NCBI GenBank assembly: GCA_002010065.2
Contig: MTMD02000008.1
Location: 256,001 to 320,000 of the forward strand
Reading direction: 5' to 3'
Length of the DNA stretch: 64,000 bases
DNA from: Candidatus Pyrohabitans jungbluthii
Lineage (GTDB): Archaea; Hydrothermarchaeota; Hydrothermarchaeia; Hydrothermarchaeales; BMS3B
In this document: in pieces, positions 41,907 to 51,403 of the stretch
Layout of the letters: each line of letters starts with the position of its first letter
Position numbering within the stretch: position 1 is the first letter of the stretch
The notes under the pieces: model-generated
What the model was told of the DNA's origin: nothing
What the model saw: the letters and a program-made list of their open reading frames with translations, nothing else
Database searches by the model: none
Position numbers and translations under genes: made by a program

Positions 41907-42356
41907 CTACTCCATTACCCGAACCACATCTATCCCACTCTTTTTCAAAACCTCTATGCCGTGCTTGTCGCTGTAGTCCGCGAACACAACCACTCGCTTA
42001 ATGCCCGAGTTTACTATAGCAAGAGCGCACCAGAAGCACGGGTCAACCTGGGTGTAAAGAGTCCCGTCCTTGATGCTCACCCCGTGGTAGGCTGCGTTGA
42101 TAATAGCGTTCATCTCCGCGTGCACAGAGGGACAGGAGTAGTCTATTACGCCTGAAGGTATGCCGTACTTATCCTTGTAGCACGGCACCTCGTCGCCACA
42201 GTTCTCCCACCCGCGGGGCGCACCGTTGTAACCCGTCGCCACGATGCGATCGTCCTTTACGATTATCGCTCCCAGCTTTCGCCTCGAGCATGCGCTTCTC
42301 GAGGCTATTGCATCGATAATCTTCTTGTACATCTCTATCTTTGTGGCTCTTCCCAT
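41907..42356 (-). CDS. dCMP deaminase family (ComEB-like)
   Basis: RS.C.RR.LGA, TGYNG.P, HAE.NA, PC..C. Confidence 0.92.
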   Translation of the reverse strand: MGRATKIEMYKKIIDAIASRSACSRRKLGAIIVKDDRIVATGYNGAPRGWENCGDEVPCYKDKYGIPSGVIDYSCPSVHAEMNAIINAAYHGVSIKDGTLYTQVDPCFWCALAIVNSGIKRVVVFADYSDKHGIEVLKKSGIDVVRVME

Positions 42357-42360
42357 GCTA

Positions 42361-43515
42361 TCACCCGTAATTTTCTAAAGCCTTTTCAATTCTATCCATT
42401 GCCTCGGCAATATTCTCCAGAGAGTTGGCATAGGATATGCGGAGGTGCCCCTCGCCACGCCTGCCGAAGGCAGCGCCAGGGGTAACCGCAACCTTCGCGG
42501 TGTCGAGAATATATTCCGCCAGGGCAGAGGAGTCTGTGGAAATCTCACTCACGTCGGGGAAGACATAGTACGCTGCCTTGGGCTCATGGACCTCGAAGCC
42601 GGGGATATCCTTAAGTCTCTTAATAATATACTGCCTGCGCCTGTCGAACTCCGCCTTCATCGCTTTAACCTCGTCGCGAAGAGACAGCGCCACCACGGCG
42701 GCGTGCTGCGCAAAAGAGCTCGGGGAGATATAGAAGTTCTGCTGGAGCTTGAGCACCTGCGCTATTAGCTGCTTCGGTGCAACGACGTAGCCCAGGCGCC
42801 AGCCGGTCATGGCGTAGAGTTTGGAGAAACCGTCCAGCATAACAGAGCGCTCATAGCCTGCTTTGAGGATGCTTGGGCTTCGCTCTGCATCGTAGACTAA
42901 GCCCGAGTATATTTCATCGCTTATAACCCAAGCTTCAGCCTCGGAGGCAACTTCGCATAGCGCGCGAAGCTCTTCCATGGTGAGGTATGTACCAGTGGGG
43001 TTGGCTGGGGTGTTTATGAGTATCGCCTTTGTGCGCCTGCTGAGCTTCTCCTTAAACTCTTCCAGGTCAAGGGAATAATCCTCTCGCAGGTTTACGCTCA
43101 CAGGCTTGGCGTCGAAAAAACGAATAAAGTTGGGGTAGCACGGGTAGCTTGGATCTGTGATGAGCACTTCATCTCCGGGCTCAAGGAGAGAGGCGAGCAC
43201 AAACTGCAGCGCCAAGCTAACGCCGCCCGTAACGAGTACCTCCTGCGATGGATCCACCTCAACGCCCAGAGTTTCAGATATATGCTCACTAATCGCCTCT
43301 CTAAGTTCGCGGATTCCTCTCGCATCGGTGTAGTGGGTATCCCCACGCTGCATTGCCCTGTACGCCTCATCCACCACCTTTTTAGGCGTTGGAAAGTCAG
43401 GTTCGCCTATCTCCAAATGGATAACCCTCTCGCTCTGCCTCTCAAGACGCTGCGCCTTTGCCAAGATTTCCATCACCTGAAAGGGCTCAATCTGAAGCAC
43501 TCGCCTTGAGAACAT
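42361..43515 (-). CDS. Class I/II PLP-dependent aminotransferase
   Basis: IGEPDF, NPTG, SDEIY, FSK.YAMTGWRLGY. Confidence 0.93.
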   Translation of the reverse strand: MFSRRVLQIEPFQVMEILAKAQRLERQSERVIHLEIGEPDFPTPKKVVDEAYRAMQRGDTHYTDARGIRELREAISEHISETLGVEVDPSQEVLVTGGVSLALQFVLASLLEPGDEVLITDPSYPCYPNFIRFFDAKPVSVNLREDYSLDLEEFKEKLSRRTKAILINTPANPTGTYLTMEELRALCEVASEAEAWVISDEIYSGLVYDAERSPSILKAGYERSVMLDGFSKLYAMTGWRLGYVVAPKQLIAQVLKLQQNFYISPSSFAQHAAVVALSLRDEVKAMKAEFDRRRQYIIKRLKDIPGFEVHEPKAAYYVFPDVSEISTDSSALAEYILDTAKVAVTPGAAFGRRGEGHLRISYANSLENIAEAMDRIEKALENYG

Positions 43516-43516
43516 G

Positions 43517-45421
43517 CTACTTCCTCCTGCGCAACGCGTCTATCTTCTCGCCCACGTAGGCTTCGTCTCTGCCCGTCTTCATCGGCTTAACCTGCGACCT
43601 TCTCTTCAGAAGCCTTTTTAACCTCTCTACCTCTATTCTGAACAGCTCCACCTCCTCGCATACCTCCGCATAGCGACGCTCCAGCTCACTTTTCGCCACC
43701 TTTTCTTTCGAAAGCTCTGCCTTGAGGTCTTTAAGCTTTTTCTCTGCGTCTATCCTCAGTCTCCTTTCATTGATTAGTTCCTTTTTAATATTCTCCTCGA
43801 GCGTTAGCTTTTCTGCAAGAACCTCTTCGATTCTAGCTTTTAGCGAATATATAACCTCTTTTTTATCCTTCAATTCCTTCTCAAGTCTTTCATTTTCCTT
43901 CATCACCTGCTTTAGCCTGCTCAACTCCTCCTCTGTGGCATCCTTTTCCTTCAGAAGTTTTTCAATTTGACTTTTTAATCCGTTGATCTCCCCATCTTTT
44001 TCTTTTAGCTTTGCATTTATGGCAGCAATAGTTTTTTCAAGCTTAGCTTTTTCTGATTCTTCTTCTTTCAATACACCCTCAATTTTGCTTTTTTCTATTT
44101 CCGCAGCCTTTCTCAAATCTTTTTCTCTCTTTATCTCCTCTTTCAATCTGTGCAGTTCCTCTGCAAGTGCTGATTTTTCTTTTTCTAGCTTTTCAAGCTT
44201 TTTATGCATTTTTTTAGACTCTATTTTTAAATTCTCTATTTCTGATTTGAGGGCACTTTTTTCCTCCTCAAGAAGCACAAGCTCTTTCTCAAGCTTCTCA
44301 GCGCTTTTTATTTTCTTCTCTGCCTCTTTAAGCCGCTTTTCAGCCCGCTCAAGCTCTGCAGTGCGCTTTCTGAGCTCCTCCCTGAGTTTCCGCTTTTCAG
44401 CGTCGTCCTCCTCCGGAATGTAGTCTCTGAAGTCTTCCTCCAGAGCAAGAAATAGCTTTTTTCTCGCCTCTGTGGCAGAGTTTAGTATGCTGAGGTAATC
44501 TTCGCGCAGAGATAGTATTCTGCTGTAGCTGTTGAATCTTTCCCCCAGTGCCTCAGCGCGCTTTCGAAGTTCTTCAAGGCTCTTCTCAAGCTCTCTTTCT
44601 TTTTCTACAGCCTCTTTAAGCTCCTCCCTGAGACCTTCGCAGGTGCTGGATGCGCGCTCAACTTTGCGCTTCTCTTCCTCGAGCTTTGCAAGCTTTCTCC
44701 TCTCCTCCTCAAGGAGTGGAGGAATCTTCCTCGCCCCCTCGTCTGCAAGCTCTTTTATTGCATGCCGTAAGGGATCTTTATTCAACACCAGCCCAGTGAT
44801 TCTTATTCTCTCATGGTAGCCAGGGTCCTTAATAAGGTGCTCAAAAAGCACTTCCAGAGGCAGCTCCTCTCCAGCATCGCTGTAAACTCTGCAACCGCGA
44901 AGCAGACGACGAGCTTCTATCAAGAAGCTGTCCCTTATCTCAGCCAGCCTTTCATCTGTCTGGGCTCTTATCTCAGCTACCTTCTTCTCGTACGCATCTC
45001 TGAGCTTCTCTGCCTTATCGCATGCCCTTTGCACCTGCAGCTCAAGCTCCTGGCGATGCCCCTTATGAATTCCCAGCTTCCTCTCCTTTAACCTTATCTC
45101 CTCGGCGAGTTCCAGGTAGAGACGCAGCTTCTCTACGTCGTCTTCAACCGCCTGAGAGAACTTTTCAATCGCAGAGCCAACCTTCTGCATCGCCCCGTCG
45201 AAAAAGTCACGCCTCTCTGGAACAAGACGCATGGCAGAGGTGCAAACAAGGTCAAGATAGCGCTTAGTCTCTGCCGCAAGAACAGAGAGTTCAGCAAGAG
45301 AACTTTCAAGGCTTTCGCTGGCGGAGCGATGCTCTTTCAGAGCTTCCACGCTTTCGACGAGTTTGAACCAGCTTTCTGGAAGGCTCCTAAACTCCTCAGG
45401 GGGTAAAAATTCTGTGCCCAT
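43517..45421 (-). CDS. Uncharacterised long coiled-coil protein B
   Basis: 634 aa, E/K/L heptads, no Walker motifs; paralogous to 45437-47005. Confidence 0.85.
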   Translation of the reverse strand: MGTEFLPPEEFRSLPESWFKLVESVEALKEHRSASESLESSLAELSVLAAETKRYLDLVCTSAMRLVPERRDFFDGAMQKVGSAIEKFSQAVEDDVEKLRLYLELAEEIRLKERKLGIHKGHRQELELQVQRACDKAEKLRDAYEKKVAEIRAQTDERLAEIRDSFLIEARRLLRGCRVYSDAGEELPLEVLFEHLIKDPGYHERIRITGLVLNKDPLRHAIKELADEGARKIPPLLEEERRKLAKLEEEKRKVERASSTCEGLREELKEAVEKERELEKSLEELRKRAEALGERFNSYSRILSLREDYLSILNSATEARKKLFLALEEDFRDYIPEEDDAEKRKLREELRKRTAELERAEKRLKEAEKKIKSAEKLEKELVLLEEEKSALKSEIENLKIESKKMHKKLEKLEKEKSALAEELHRLKEEIKREKDLRKAAEIEKSKIEGVLKEEESEKAKLEKTIAAINAKLKEKDGEINGLKSQIEKLLKEKDATEEELSRLKQVMKENERLEKELKDKKEVIYSLKARIEEVLAEKLTLEENIKKELINERRLRIDAEKKLKDLKAELSKEKVAKSELERRYAEVCEEVELFRIEVERLKRLLKRRSQVKPMKTGRDEAYVGEKIDALRRRK

Positions 45422-45436
45422 AATAACAGCAATGCC

Positions 45437-47005
45437 TTAGCTCCTGATTTTCTCAAGTATATCGAGCAGAGACCTCTCAACCTCAGCCCTGAGGCGGGCA
45501 ATTTCCTCCTCAAGTGCTTTCACTCTGCTCTTTTCCTCTTCAAGCTCTTTCTCGAGTTTTGCCTTCTCATCCTCAAGCTTCTCAGAGGCATTTGTAAACT
45601 TCTCCAGCTCTGCCCTGAGATTCTCAACTTCCCCAGCTAGCCTCAGATTCTCTTCCTTAAGAATTTCAGCTTTCTCCGACTCCCTCCGGCGGAATTCCTC
45701 ATACTCCTTCTCCAGCTCTGAAAGCTTCCTTTCCAGCTCTGAGTTCTTATCCTTTAGACTCGCTATGATGCTATTCCTATCCTCAAGTTCTCTGGCGTAC
45801 CTGCTCACCTTCTCCTTCAGCGCCTCCCTCTCCTCTTTCAAGCTTTCCAGCTGTGAAGCGAGTTTTTGCATCTCCTTCTCAAGCTCTCCTATTCTGGAGA
45901 GCAGGCGCCTCTTCTCAGGGTCGTGCTCTATCTCGAGGTCTCCGAATGTTGCTGCGATGTACTCAAGAAAACCTCTTATCTCAGGGTCAATAGAGTCGAA
46001 GACAGAGGTGAACTCCTCTTTTATTGACAGAATCTCATTGTAATCATCAAAATTTCTGTTTATCCTCTCCTCAAACTGTGCTATCTTATCCTCAAGCTCA
46101 TTTCTGTAATTTTCGAGTTCCTCTCTGCGCTTTTCCACATCTCTGCACGCTTTCTCCAAAGAGTCCAGGTCAGCGAACTCCCTGCTGAGGTTGCGCGCAT
46201 TCTCCATCTCCACCTCTTTTATTCGCCTAGCCTCTTCGATGAGCTCCTGGGCTATGTACCTGAGCACCTCCAGCCTCGCCTCCTCCCCAAGCCCCTCGCG
46301 CTTTAGCCTTATTCCCAGGAAGCTCCGCGAAGGCCTAGCCTCGCGAAGGTATACCTTCTCAATCGCGCTAGGGTCGCGAAGCATAGCCTTAAAGAGCTGC
46401 TCTGGCGTTGTGGGCTCACCCGCATAGTAAAGCTCGTAGTCCCCCACAATGCCAGTAGCCTTTTCCTCAAACTTCGCCTGGAGATCGTACAACCCCTTTT
46501 CCACCCGCGCCTTAATCTTCTCCTTCGCAAGCTTAAGCTCGCGCTGCCTCTCAAAGAACCTCGTGCACAGTGTCGCGACGCGAGCATCCACTTCTTTAAA
46601 TTCTTTATTTATCTTCCCTATTTCCTCCCTCAGCGCAGAAACTTCTCGCTTAATTGCAATGAACTTCTCAAGCTTCTCAAGCTCCTCCTTAACCTTAGAT
46701 GCCAGATCCTTCAAACCCTGCTCTATGCCCGCGGTTCTGTGGTCCACCTCGGCGCGAATCTCCGGCATGTGCCTCTTCGCTGAGCGCGCAAGCACATCAA
46801 GCTCAGTTAACAGATGTTCGAGATTTTTATTTATCTCAGCCAAAGTGCGTCTGAACGCAGGCTGCTCACCTGAGCTGAACTCTGCGATAGCGTCTATTTG
46901 CCTAGCTACCGCGTACCACTCCTCCTTAAAATCAGCACACCGCCTCTCAAGCTCAGCTGGTGATAATAACGCGTCGGTCACTCTCTCCCTCACATCCTTT
47001 TTCAA
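45437..47005 (-). CDS. Uncharacterised long coiled-coil protein A
   Basis: 522 aa, TTG start, heptads, no Walker motifs. Confidence 0.85.
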   Translation of the reverse strand: MKKDVRERVTDALLSPAELERRCADFKEEWYAVARQIDAIAEFSSGEQPAFRRTLAEINKNLEHLLTELDVLARSAKRHMPEIRAEVDHRTAGIEQGLKDLASKVKEELEKLEKFIAIKREVSALREEIGKINKEFKEVDARVATLCTRFFERQRELKLAKEKIKARVEKGLYDLQAKFEEKATGIVGDYELYYAGEPTTPEQLFKAMLRDPSAIEKVYLREARPSRSFLGIRLKREGLGEEARLEVLRYIAQELIEEARRIKEVEMENARNLSREFADLDSLEKACRDVEKRREELENYRNELEDKIAQFEERINRNFDDYNEILSIKEEFTSVFDSIDPEIRGFLEYIAATFGDLEIEHDPEKRRLLSRIGELEKEMQKLASQLESLKEEREALKEKVSRYARELEDRNSIIASLKDKNSELERKLSELEKEYEEFRRRESEKAEILKEENLRLAGEVENLRAELEKFTNASEKLEDEKAKLEKELEEEKSRVKALEEEIARLRAEVERSLLDILEKIRS

Positions 47006-47061
47006 TTAGGTGGTAAGCAGAAATATATATACGTTTAGGTAGAGTAAAATAGGGTGGGATA

Positions 47062-48276
47062 ATGGGAGAAGTTATCGCAAGCTACAGAATAGACGCAGAT
47101 GACATAAAAGTAGCTGCCCGCGCAATAGCAATGGAGCAGAGCACGGGCACGTGGACGAAGGTTAGCACCGCCACGCAGGAGATTCACGAGAAGTACGGCG
47201 CCAAGGTTGTGGAGGTGGATGAGGAGGCGAAGGTTGCAAAGATCGCATTTCCCGTGGAGGATTTCAGCCTGGAGATAGGCGGCATACCCAACATCCTGAG
47301 TATAATCGCAGGCAACCTCTTCGGCTTGCGGGAAGTTCGCGCTGTTAAGCTTCTCGATGTCGAATTTCCCCGCGAGATTGTAACCTTTTTCCAGGGACCC
47401 AACTTCGGCATAGAAGGTGTGAGGAAGCTTGTGGGAACCTCGCAAACGAAGCGCCCGCACGTGGGCACAATTATAAAGCCCAAGATAGGCCTGCCCCCTG
47501 AGCGCTTTGCAGAAGTTGCATATGAGGCTGCGATGGGCGGCTTGGACTTTATCAAGGACGATGAAACCCTGGCGAATCAGGATTTCTGCCCTCTTGAGGA
47601 TAGGGTATCCCGCACCATGGAGGCGCTGGACAGGGCAAAGGAGGAGACGGGCAAAACCTGCCTCTATGCCGTCAACGTCACCAGCGAAGACATAGTTGAG
47701 ACTGCACAGCTTGCCGTGGACAATGGCGCCAATTGTTTGATGATCGACGTCCTTACATGCGGCTTTCCCGGGCTGAGGGCGCTTAACAGAAACTTCAAGC
47801 TTCCCATACATGTGCACCGCACAATGCATGGAGCAATAACGCGAATGAAGAACCACGGCATCGCTATGCTGGTGTTCGCCAAGCTTGTACGCTTAGCGGG
47901 TGGAGACCAGCTCCATGTGGGCTGCGCCATGGGTAAAATGGAGAGTGAGAACTTCCAGGCGAACTACAATGCGCTTAGAAGCGAGTGGTACGGCTTAAAG
48001 CCGGTGTTCCCAGTCTGCTCCGGCGGCGTTCACCCCGGCTACGTGGAGGGCAATGTCAGAGCTGGAGGCACGGATATAGTGATTCAGGCAGGAGGCGGCG
48101 TGCACGGGCATCCTCTGGGAACGAGAGCGGGAGCTAAAGCGATGATGCAGGCGGTGGAGGCTGTGATGAAGGGCATTCCTTTAGAGGAATACGCCAAGGA
48201 GCATGAGGAGCTGAGGCTTGCGCTGGAGAAGTGGGGTACGCAGCAAATCACGAGGTACTACAGTGAGGAAATGTAG
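47062..48276 (+). CDS. rbcL: RuBisCO form III large subunit
   Basis: EQSTGTWT, GN.FG, KPK.GL, DFIKDDE, HRTMH, loop-6 GKM, SGG, GGG.HGHP. Confidence 0.9.
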   Translation: MGEVIASYRIDADDIKVAARAIAMEQSTGTWTKVSTATQEIHEKYGAKVVEVDEEAKVAKIAFPVEDFSLEIGGIPNILSIIAGNLFGLREVRAVKLLDVEFPREIVTFFQGPNFGIEGVRKLVGTSQTKRPHVGTIIKPKIGLPPERFAEVAYEAAMGGLDFIKDDETLANQDFCPLEDRVSRTMEALDRAKEETGKTCLYAVNVTSEDIVETAQLAVDNGANCLMIDVLTCGFPGLRALNRNFKLPIHVHRTMHGAITRMKNHGIAMLVFAKLVRLAGGDQLHVGCAMGKMESENFQANYNALRSEWYGLKPVFPVCSGGVHPGYVEGNVRAGGTDIVIQAGGGVHGHPLGTRAGAKAMMQAVEAVMKGIPLEEYAKEHEELRLALEKWGTQQITRYYSEEM

Positions 48277-48957
48277 ATGGAGTTTCTTATTAAACTCATT
48301 CTCGCCCTGCTGGTGCTCTTCTACGCCTCTCTGCTCGACTGGCGGTATCGCGAGATAAACGATGCCTCCTGGTTAGCGCTGGTTTTCATGGGCATTGTGT
48401 TCATAGCTGTAGACGTTGCAAGAACTGGAGTTACAACCCCGCTCCTCTACTTTCTGATTTCTGTAGGTGTAACCTCTGCGCTCATGCTTGCGTTCTCCTA
48501 TTTTAACCTTCTCGGAGGCGGCGATGCGAAGATATTCATCGGCATAGCATCGCTATTCCCCTACTACCACCGCGAGGTAACGACGGTTTTTCCAATCTTC
48601 GCCCTCTCCGTCTTTGCAAACGCGATAACACTTTCGCTCGCTTTGCCGGTGTACTTCTTCTTGAGGAATCTTCCTCATCTTAAGCGGGTGAGGAGCGCTA
48701 AGGAGTTTTACGCCCTATTTCTGGGCTACAAAAAGAATGCCTCTGAGATCAAGCCCTATGAGGCGGTTTATGGCAACGGAAAGAGCTTCACCTTCCTTCT
48801 CCGCACAGATGCTGAGCTGGGAAAGGCTGAAGGAGAAGGTGAAGTGTGGGTAACGCCGGCGGTGCCATTTGTAATCCCGATAACTATTAGTGTGCTGCTA
48901 AGCGCGCTGTACGGTGATATAATAAGTGCGATTATACTATTTCTGAGAGGAAGCTAA
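48277..48957 (+). CDS. A24 prepilin/preflagellin peptidase (FlaK/PibD-like)
   Basis: AS.LD...REI.D, GGGDAK, VWVTP.VPF. Confidence 0.9.
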   Translation: MEFLIKLILALLVLFYASLLDWRYREINDASWLALVFMGIVFIAVDVARTGVTTPLLYFLISVGVTSALMLAFSYFNLLGGGDAKIFIGIASLFPYYHREVTTVFPIFALSVFANAITLSLALPVYFFLRNLPHLKRVRSAKEFYALFLGYKKNASEIKPYEAVYGNGKSFTFLLRTDAELGKAEGEGEVWVTPAVPFVIPITISVLLSALYGDIISAIILFLRGS

Positions 48958-48981
48958 TTATATGTCCGGAGGGGTAATATA

Positions 48982-50532
48982 TTGGCGAGGGAGATGAACA
49001 GCACCGCCAGAGATATTGCCACAATCCTCGCCAGCCTAATAGTACTCATCTTGGCAAGCACACTGTTAATAATGAAGTTCGAGAACCTCTCTCTCCTCGA
49101 CGCCTTCTATTTTGTAATAGTTACCATAACCACTGTAGGCTACGGCGACATAACCCCAGCCACCACCGAAGGGAGGATAGTAAGCCTGGTGCTCATAATT
49201 TTCGGCGTGTTCTCTGTTCTTGCCATTATCCCGGTCATATCCTCTCACCTCATCCAGCGGGGCATAAGCCGTACCCTTGGCATCGCCGGAATTAAGCGCC
49301 TGAAAGACCACATCATTATCTTTAAATATAACGACCTTGCGGAGCAGGCCATTCAGGAAATAAAAAGCTATGGAATACCCTTTATAGTAATCGAGGATGA
49401 CGCTGAGGTGCTGAGGAAACTTCAGGAGCTTGACCTGCCCTTCGTTGCCGGCGATGCCACGGATGAAAGGATACTCAGGAAAGCCAGCGCTGATGCTGCC
49501 CTGGGGATAATACTCACATCTCGAAAGGATGCGGAGAACGCTTTCGTAGCTATGGCTGCCAAGGAGCTCAACCCATCGCTAATCGCCGCCGCCAGGCTGG
49601 AAAAACCTGAGGATGCCAAGCTGCTTAAGAGGGCGGGGATAGACTACCTTGTCGACCCGCGTGAAGCAGCGCTTAACTTGCTGGTTAGGAGTGTGCTCTC
49701 CCCCTACAGCGCCGAGTTCCTGGACAGGATGTCCATCTTCAGGGGGATAAGCCTGGGGCAGTACAGGGTGTGTGGCGATTCTCCTGTAGCCGGAAAGAGG
49801 ATCGCTGAAACTAGGCTCAGGAGCAAGACGGGAGCAAGTATAGTAGCAGTGTGGAAGAAAGACACGCTCATCACCAACCCCCCTGCGGAGATGCTGCTTG
49901 AGGCTGGCGACGTGCTTCTCCTGCTGGGCACAAAAGAGCAACTTAAAAAGGCTAAAAGGCTTATAGAGAGGAAGACGAGAAGGAGAGTTAAGGTAGGGGA
50001 AGTAGAGGAGTCACGGGAGAGCGAAGCCCCTGAAGTTAGGGCGAGGTTCTCCAGGGTTATCTTCAACTCGGCTCTAATTTTCATGCTCCTCATAGCCTCG
50101 GTTGTGCTACTTCCCTACCTCTCGCGGATTTTTGAGGTTCTTCCCTACTCGATTGCAAGCTTCATGGGCACCCTACTTCCCCTTGCACTCTGGCTCGCGA
50201 TACTCGGCTTAACTCTAAAAATGCTGGAAGACCTCAAAGTGATTATCTCAATCTTCTCAGGCATCCTCACCTCCGCTGCTCCGGGAATACAGCGCAAGAA
50301 GGACTTGAACCGCGCCATGAAGGACATCACCTACGCCGCCCTTCTTGGCATTGCCTTCGCTGCGGTCGCCCCATTCTTATCCGGCATACCTAGGGCAAAG
50401 GCGGCGCTGACATACGTTGGCTTCGCAATTTCAGTACTCTTCCTCTACGACGCGGGCAGGATACTCTACAGCTACCTTCAGGGAATAGCAGGTCTCATAG
50501 CCGAAAAGATTGCACGCGAGGTTGAGAGATGA
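48982..50532 (+). CDS. Potassium channel with RCK domains and an extra C-terminal TM domain
   Basis: TITTVGYGD selectivity filter, TrkA-N/TrkA-C, then ~4 further TM helices. Confidence 0.88.
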   Translation: MAREMNSTARDIATILASLIVLILASTLLIMKFENLSLLDAFYFVIVTITTVGYGDITPATTEGRIVSLVLIIFGVFSVLAIIPVISSHLIQRGISRTLGIAGIKRLKDHIIIFKYNDLAEQAIQEIKSYGIPFIVIEDDAEVLRKLQELDLPFVAGDATDERILRKASADAALGIILTSRKDAENAFVAMAAKELNPSLIAAARLEKPEDAKLLKRAGIDYLVDPREAALNLLVRSVLSPYSAEFLDRMSIFRGISLGQYRVCGDSPVAGKRIAETRLRSKTGASIVAVWKKDTLITNPPAEMLLEAGDVLLLLGTKEQLKKAKRLIERKTRRRVKVGEVEESRESEAPEVRARFSRVIFNSALIFMLLIASVVLLPYLSRIFEVLPYSIASFMGTLLPLALWLAILGLTLKMLEDLKVIISIFSGILTSAAPGIQRKKDLNRAMKDITYAALLGIAFAAVAPFLSGIPRAKAALTYVGFAISVLFLYDAGRILYSYLQGIAGLIAEKIAREVER

Positions 50533-51188
50533 AGAACCACATAATAATATGTGGCTACGGCTATCACGGCAGGAGAATCGCCGAAGCGCTGGAAAAAGAG
50601 AAGATTCCCCACGTTATTATAGACCTCACCGCTGAGGATGAGAAAGAGAACCTGATAAAGGGCGATGCCAAGGATGAGGAGAATCTGCTCAAGGCTGGAA
50701 TAAAGGAGGCGAAGGAGATTGTGATTGCGGTGAGCAACGACATTGATGCTGTGTTCATATCCCTGCTCGCAAGAAACCTTAACCCCGACATCAGGATAGT
50801 GGCAAAGGCAGACAGGCTTGACTCCATGAAGAAGATCTACATGGCTGGGGCTAACAAGGTTATTTCCCCCTACGTTATAGGGGGGAGGCTTTTAGCAAGG
50901 GCAGTTGCTAAGCCTCTCGTAGCTGAGTTCTTTAAGCGGGTAACAATCGCCAAGGACTTAGAGGTGGCGCAGGTCGCGATAGGTGCAGAGTCGAAGTTCG
51001 CAGGCAAGAAAATCAGGGACATGGACCTCGCCTCTCGCGGCTTGGCTATTCTTGCAGTTTACCGCGCCGGGGAGCTGATACCTAACCCACCGGCTGATTT
51101 TCTGGTGGAGGAAGGCGACCATCTGATAATCCTGGGCAGCAACGAGGAGATAATGAAGCTCAGGAGCAGGGAAAAGCTTCTTGGCTAA
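50529..51188 (+). CDS. Soluble TrkA/RCK protein
   Basis: HIIICGYG..G, GDA, AGA.KVISP, TrkA-C. Confidence 0.9.
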   Translation: MKNHIIICGYGYHGRRIAEALEKEKIPHVIIDLTAEDEKENLIKGDAKDEENLLKAGIKEAKEIVIAVSNDIDAVFISLLARNLNPDIRIVAKADRLDSMKKIYMAGANKVISPYVIGGRLLARAVAKPLVAEFFKRVTIAKDLEVAQVAIGAESKFAGKKIRDMDLASRGLAILAVYRAGELIPNPPADFLVEEGDHLIILGSNEEIMKLRSREKLLG

Positions 51189-51403
51189 GGTTTCTTTGCA
51201 TAGCTCTCTATCAGGGTCTTAATTCCCACCGCCAGACCGAGGAAGATACCCACCACCATGCCTATAAAGGCTGCAGCATCCCCATAGCGTTTTCCAAGGT
51301 AATAGCCGGCTAAGCCGAGGAGCACCGCTGGGGTGGCAAGCTCTATGCTCGCCCCCAGCGCTGCGATGGCGCCTTCAAGGGTCTGAGGCCTTCTATCTCC
51401 CAT
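51185..51403 (-). CDS. AtpZ/AtpI-like small membrane protein
   Basis: G.SIELA.P.VLLGLAGYYL...G..LGLAVG pattern. Confidence 0.55.
   Translation of the reverse strand: MGDRRPQTLEGAIAALGASIELATPAVLLGLAGYYLGKRYGDAAAFIGMVVGIFLGLAVGIKTLIESYAKKP

Noticed and set aside
43517-47005. SMC/Rad50 annotation for the coiled-coil proteins
   Set aside because: No Walker A/B, ABC signature or CxxC zinc hook; any similarity would come from coiled-coil composition
47062-48276. RuBisCO-like protein (form IV) interpretation
   Set aside because: Catalytic motifs including loop-6 Lys and HR..H are present, and an R15P isomerase lies nearby
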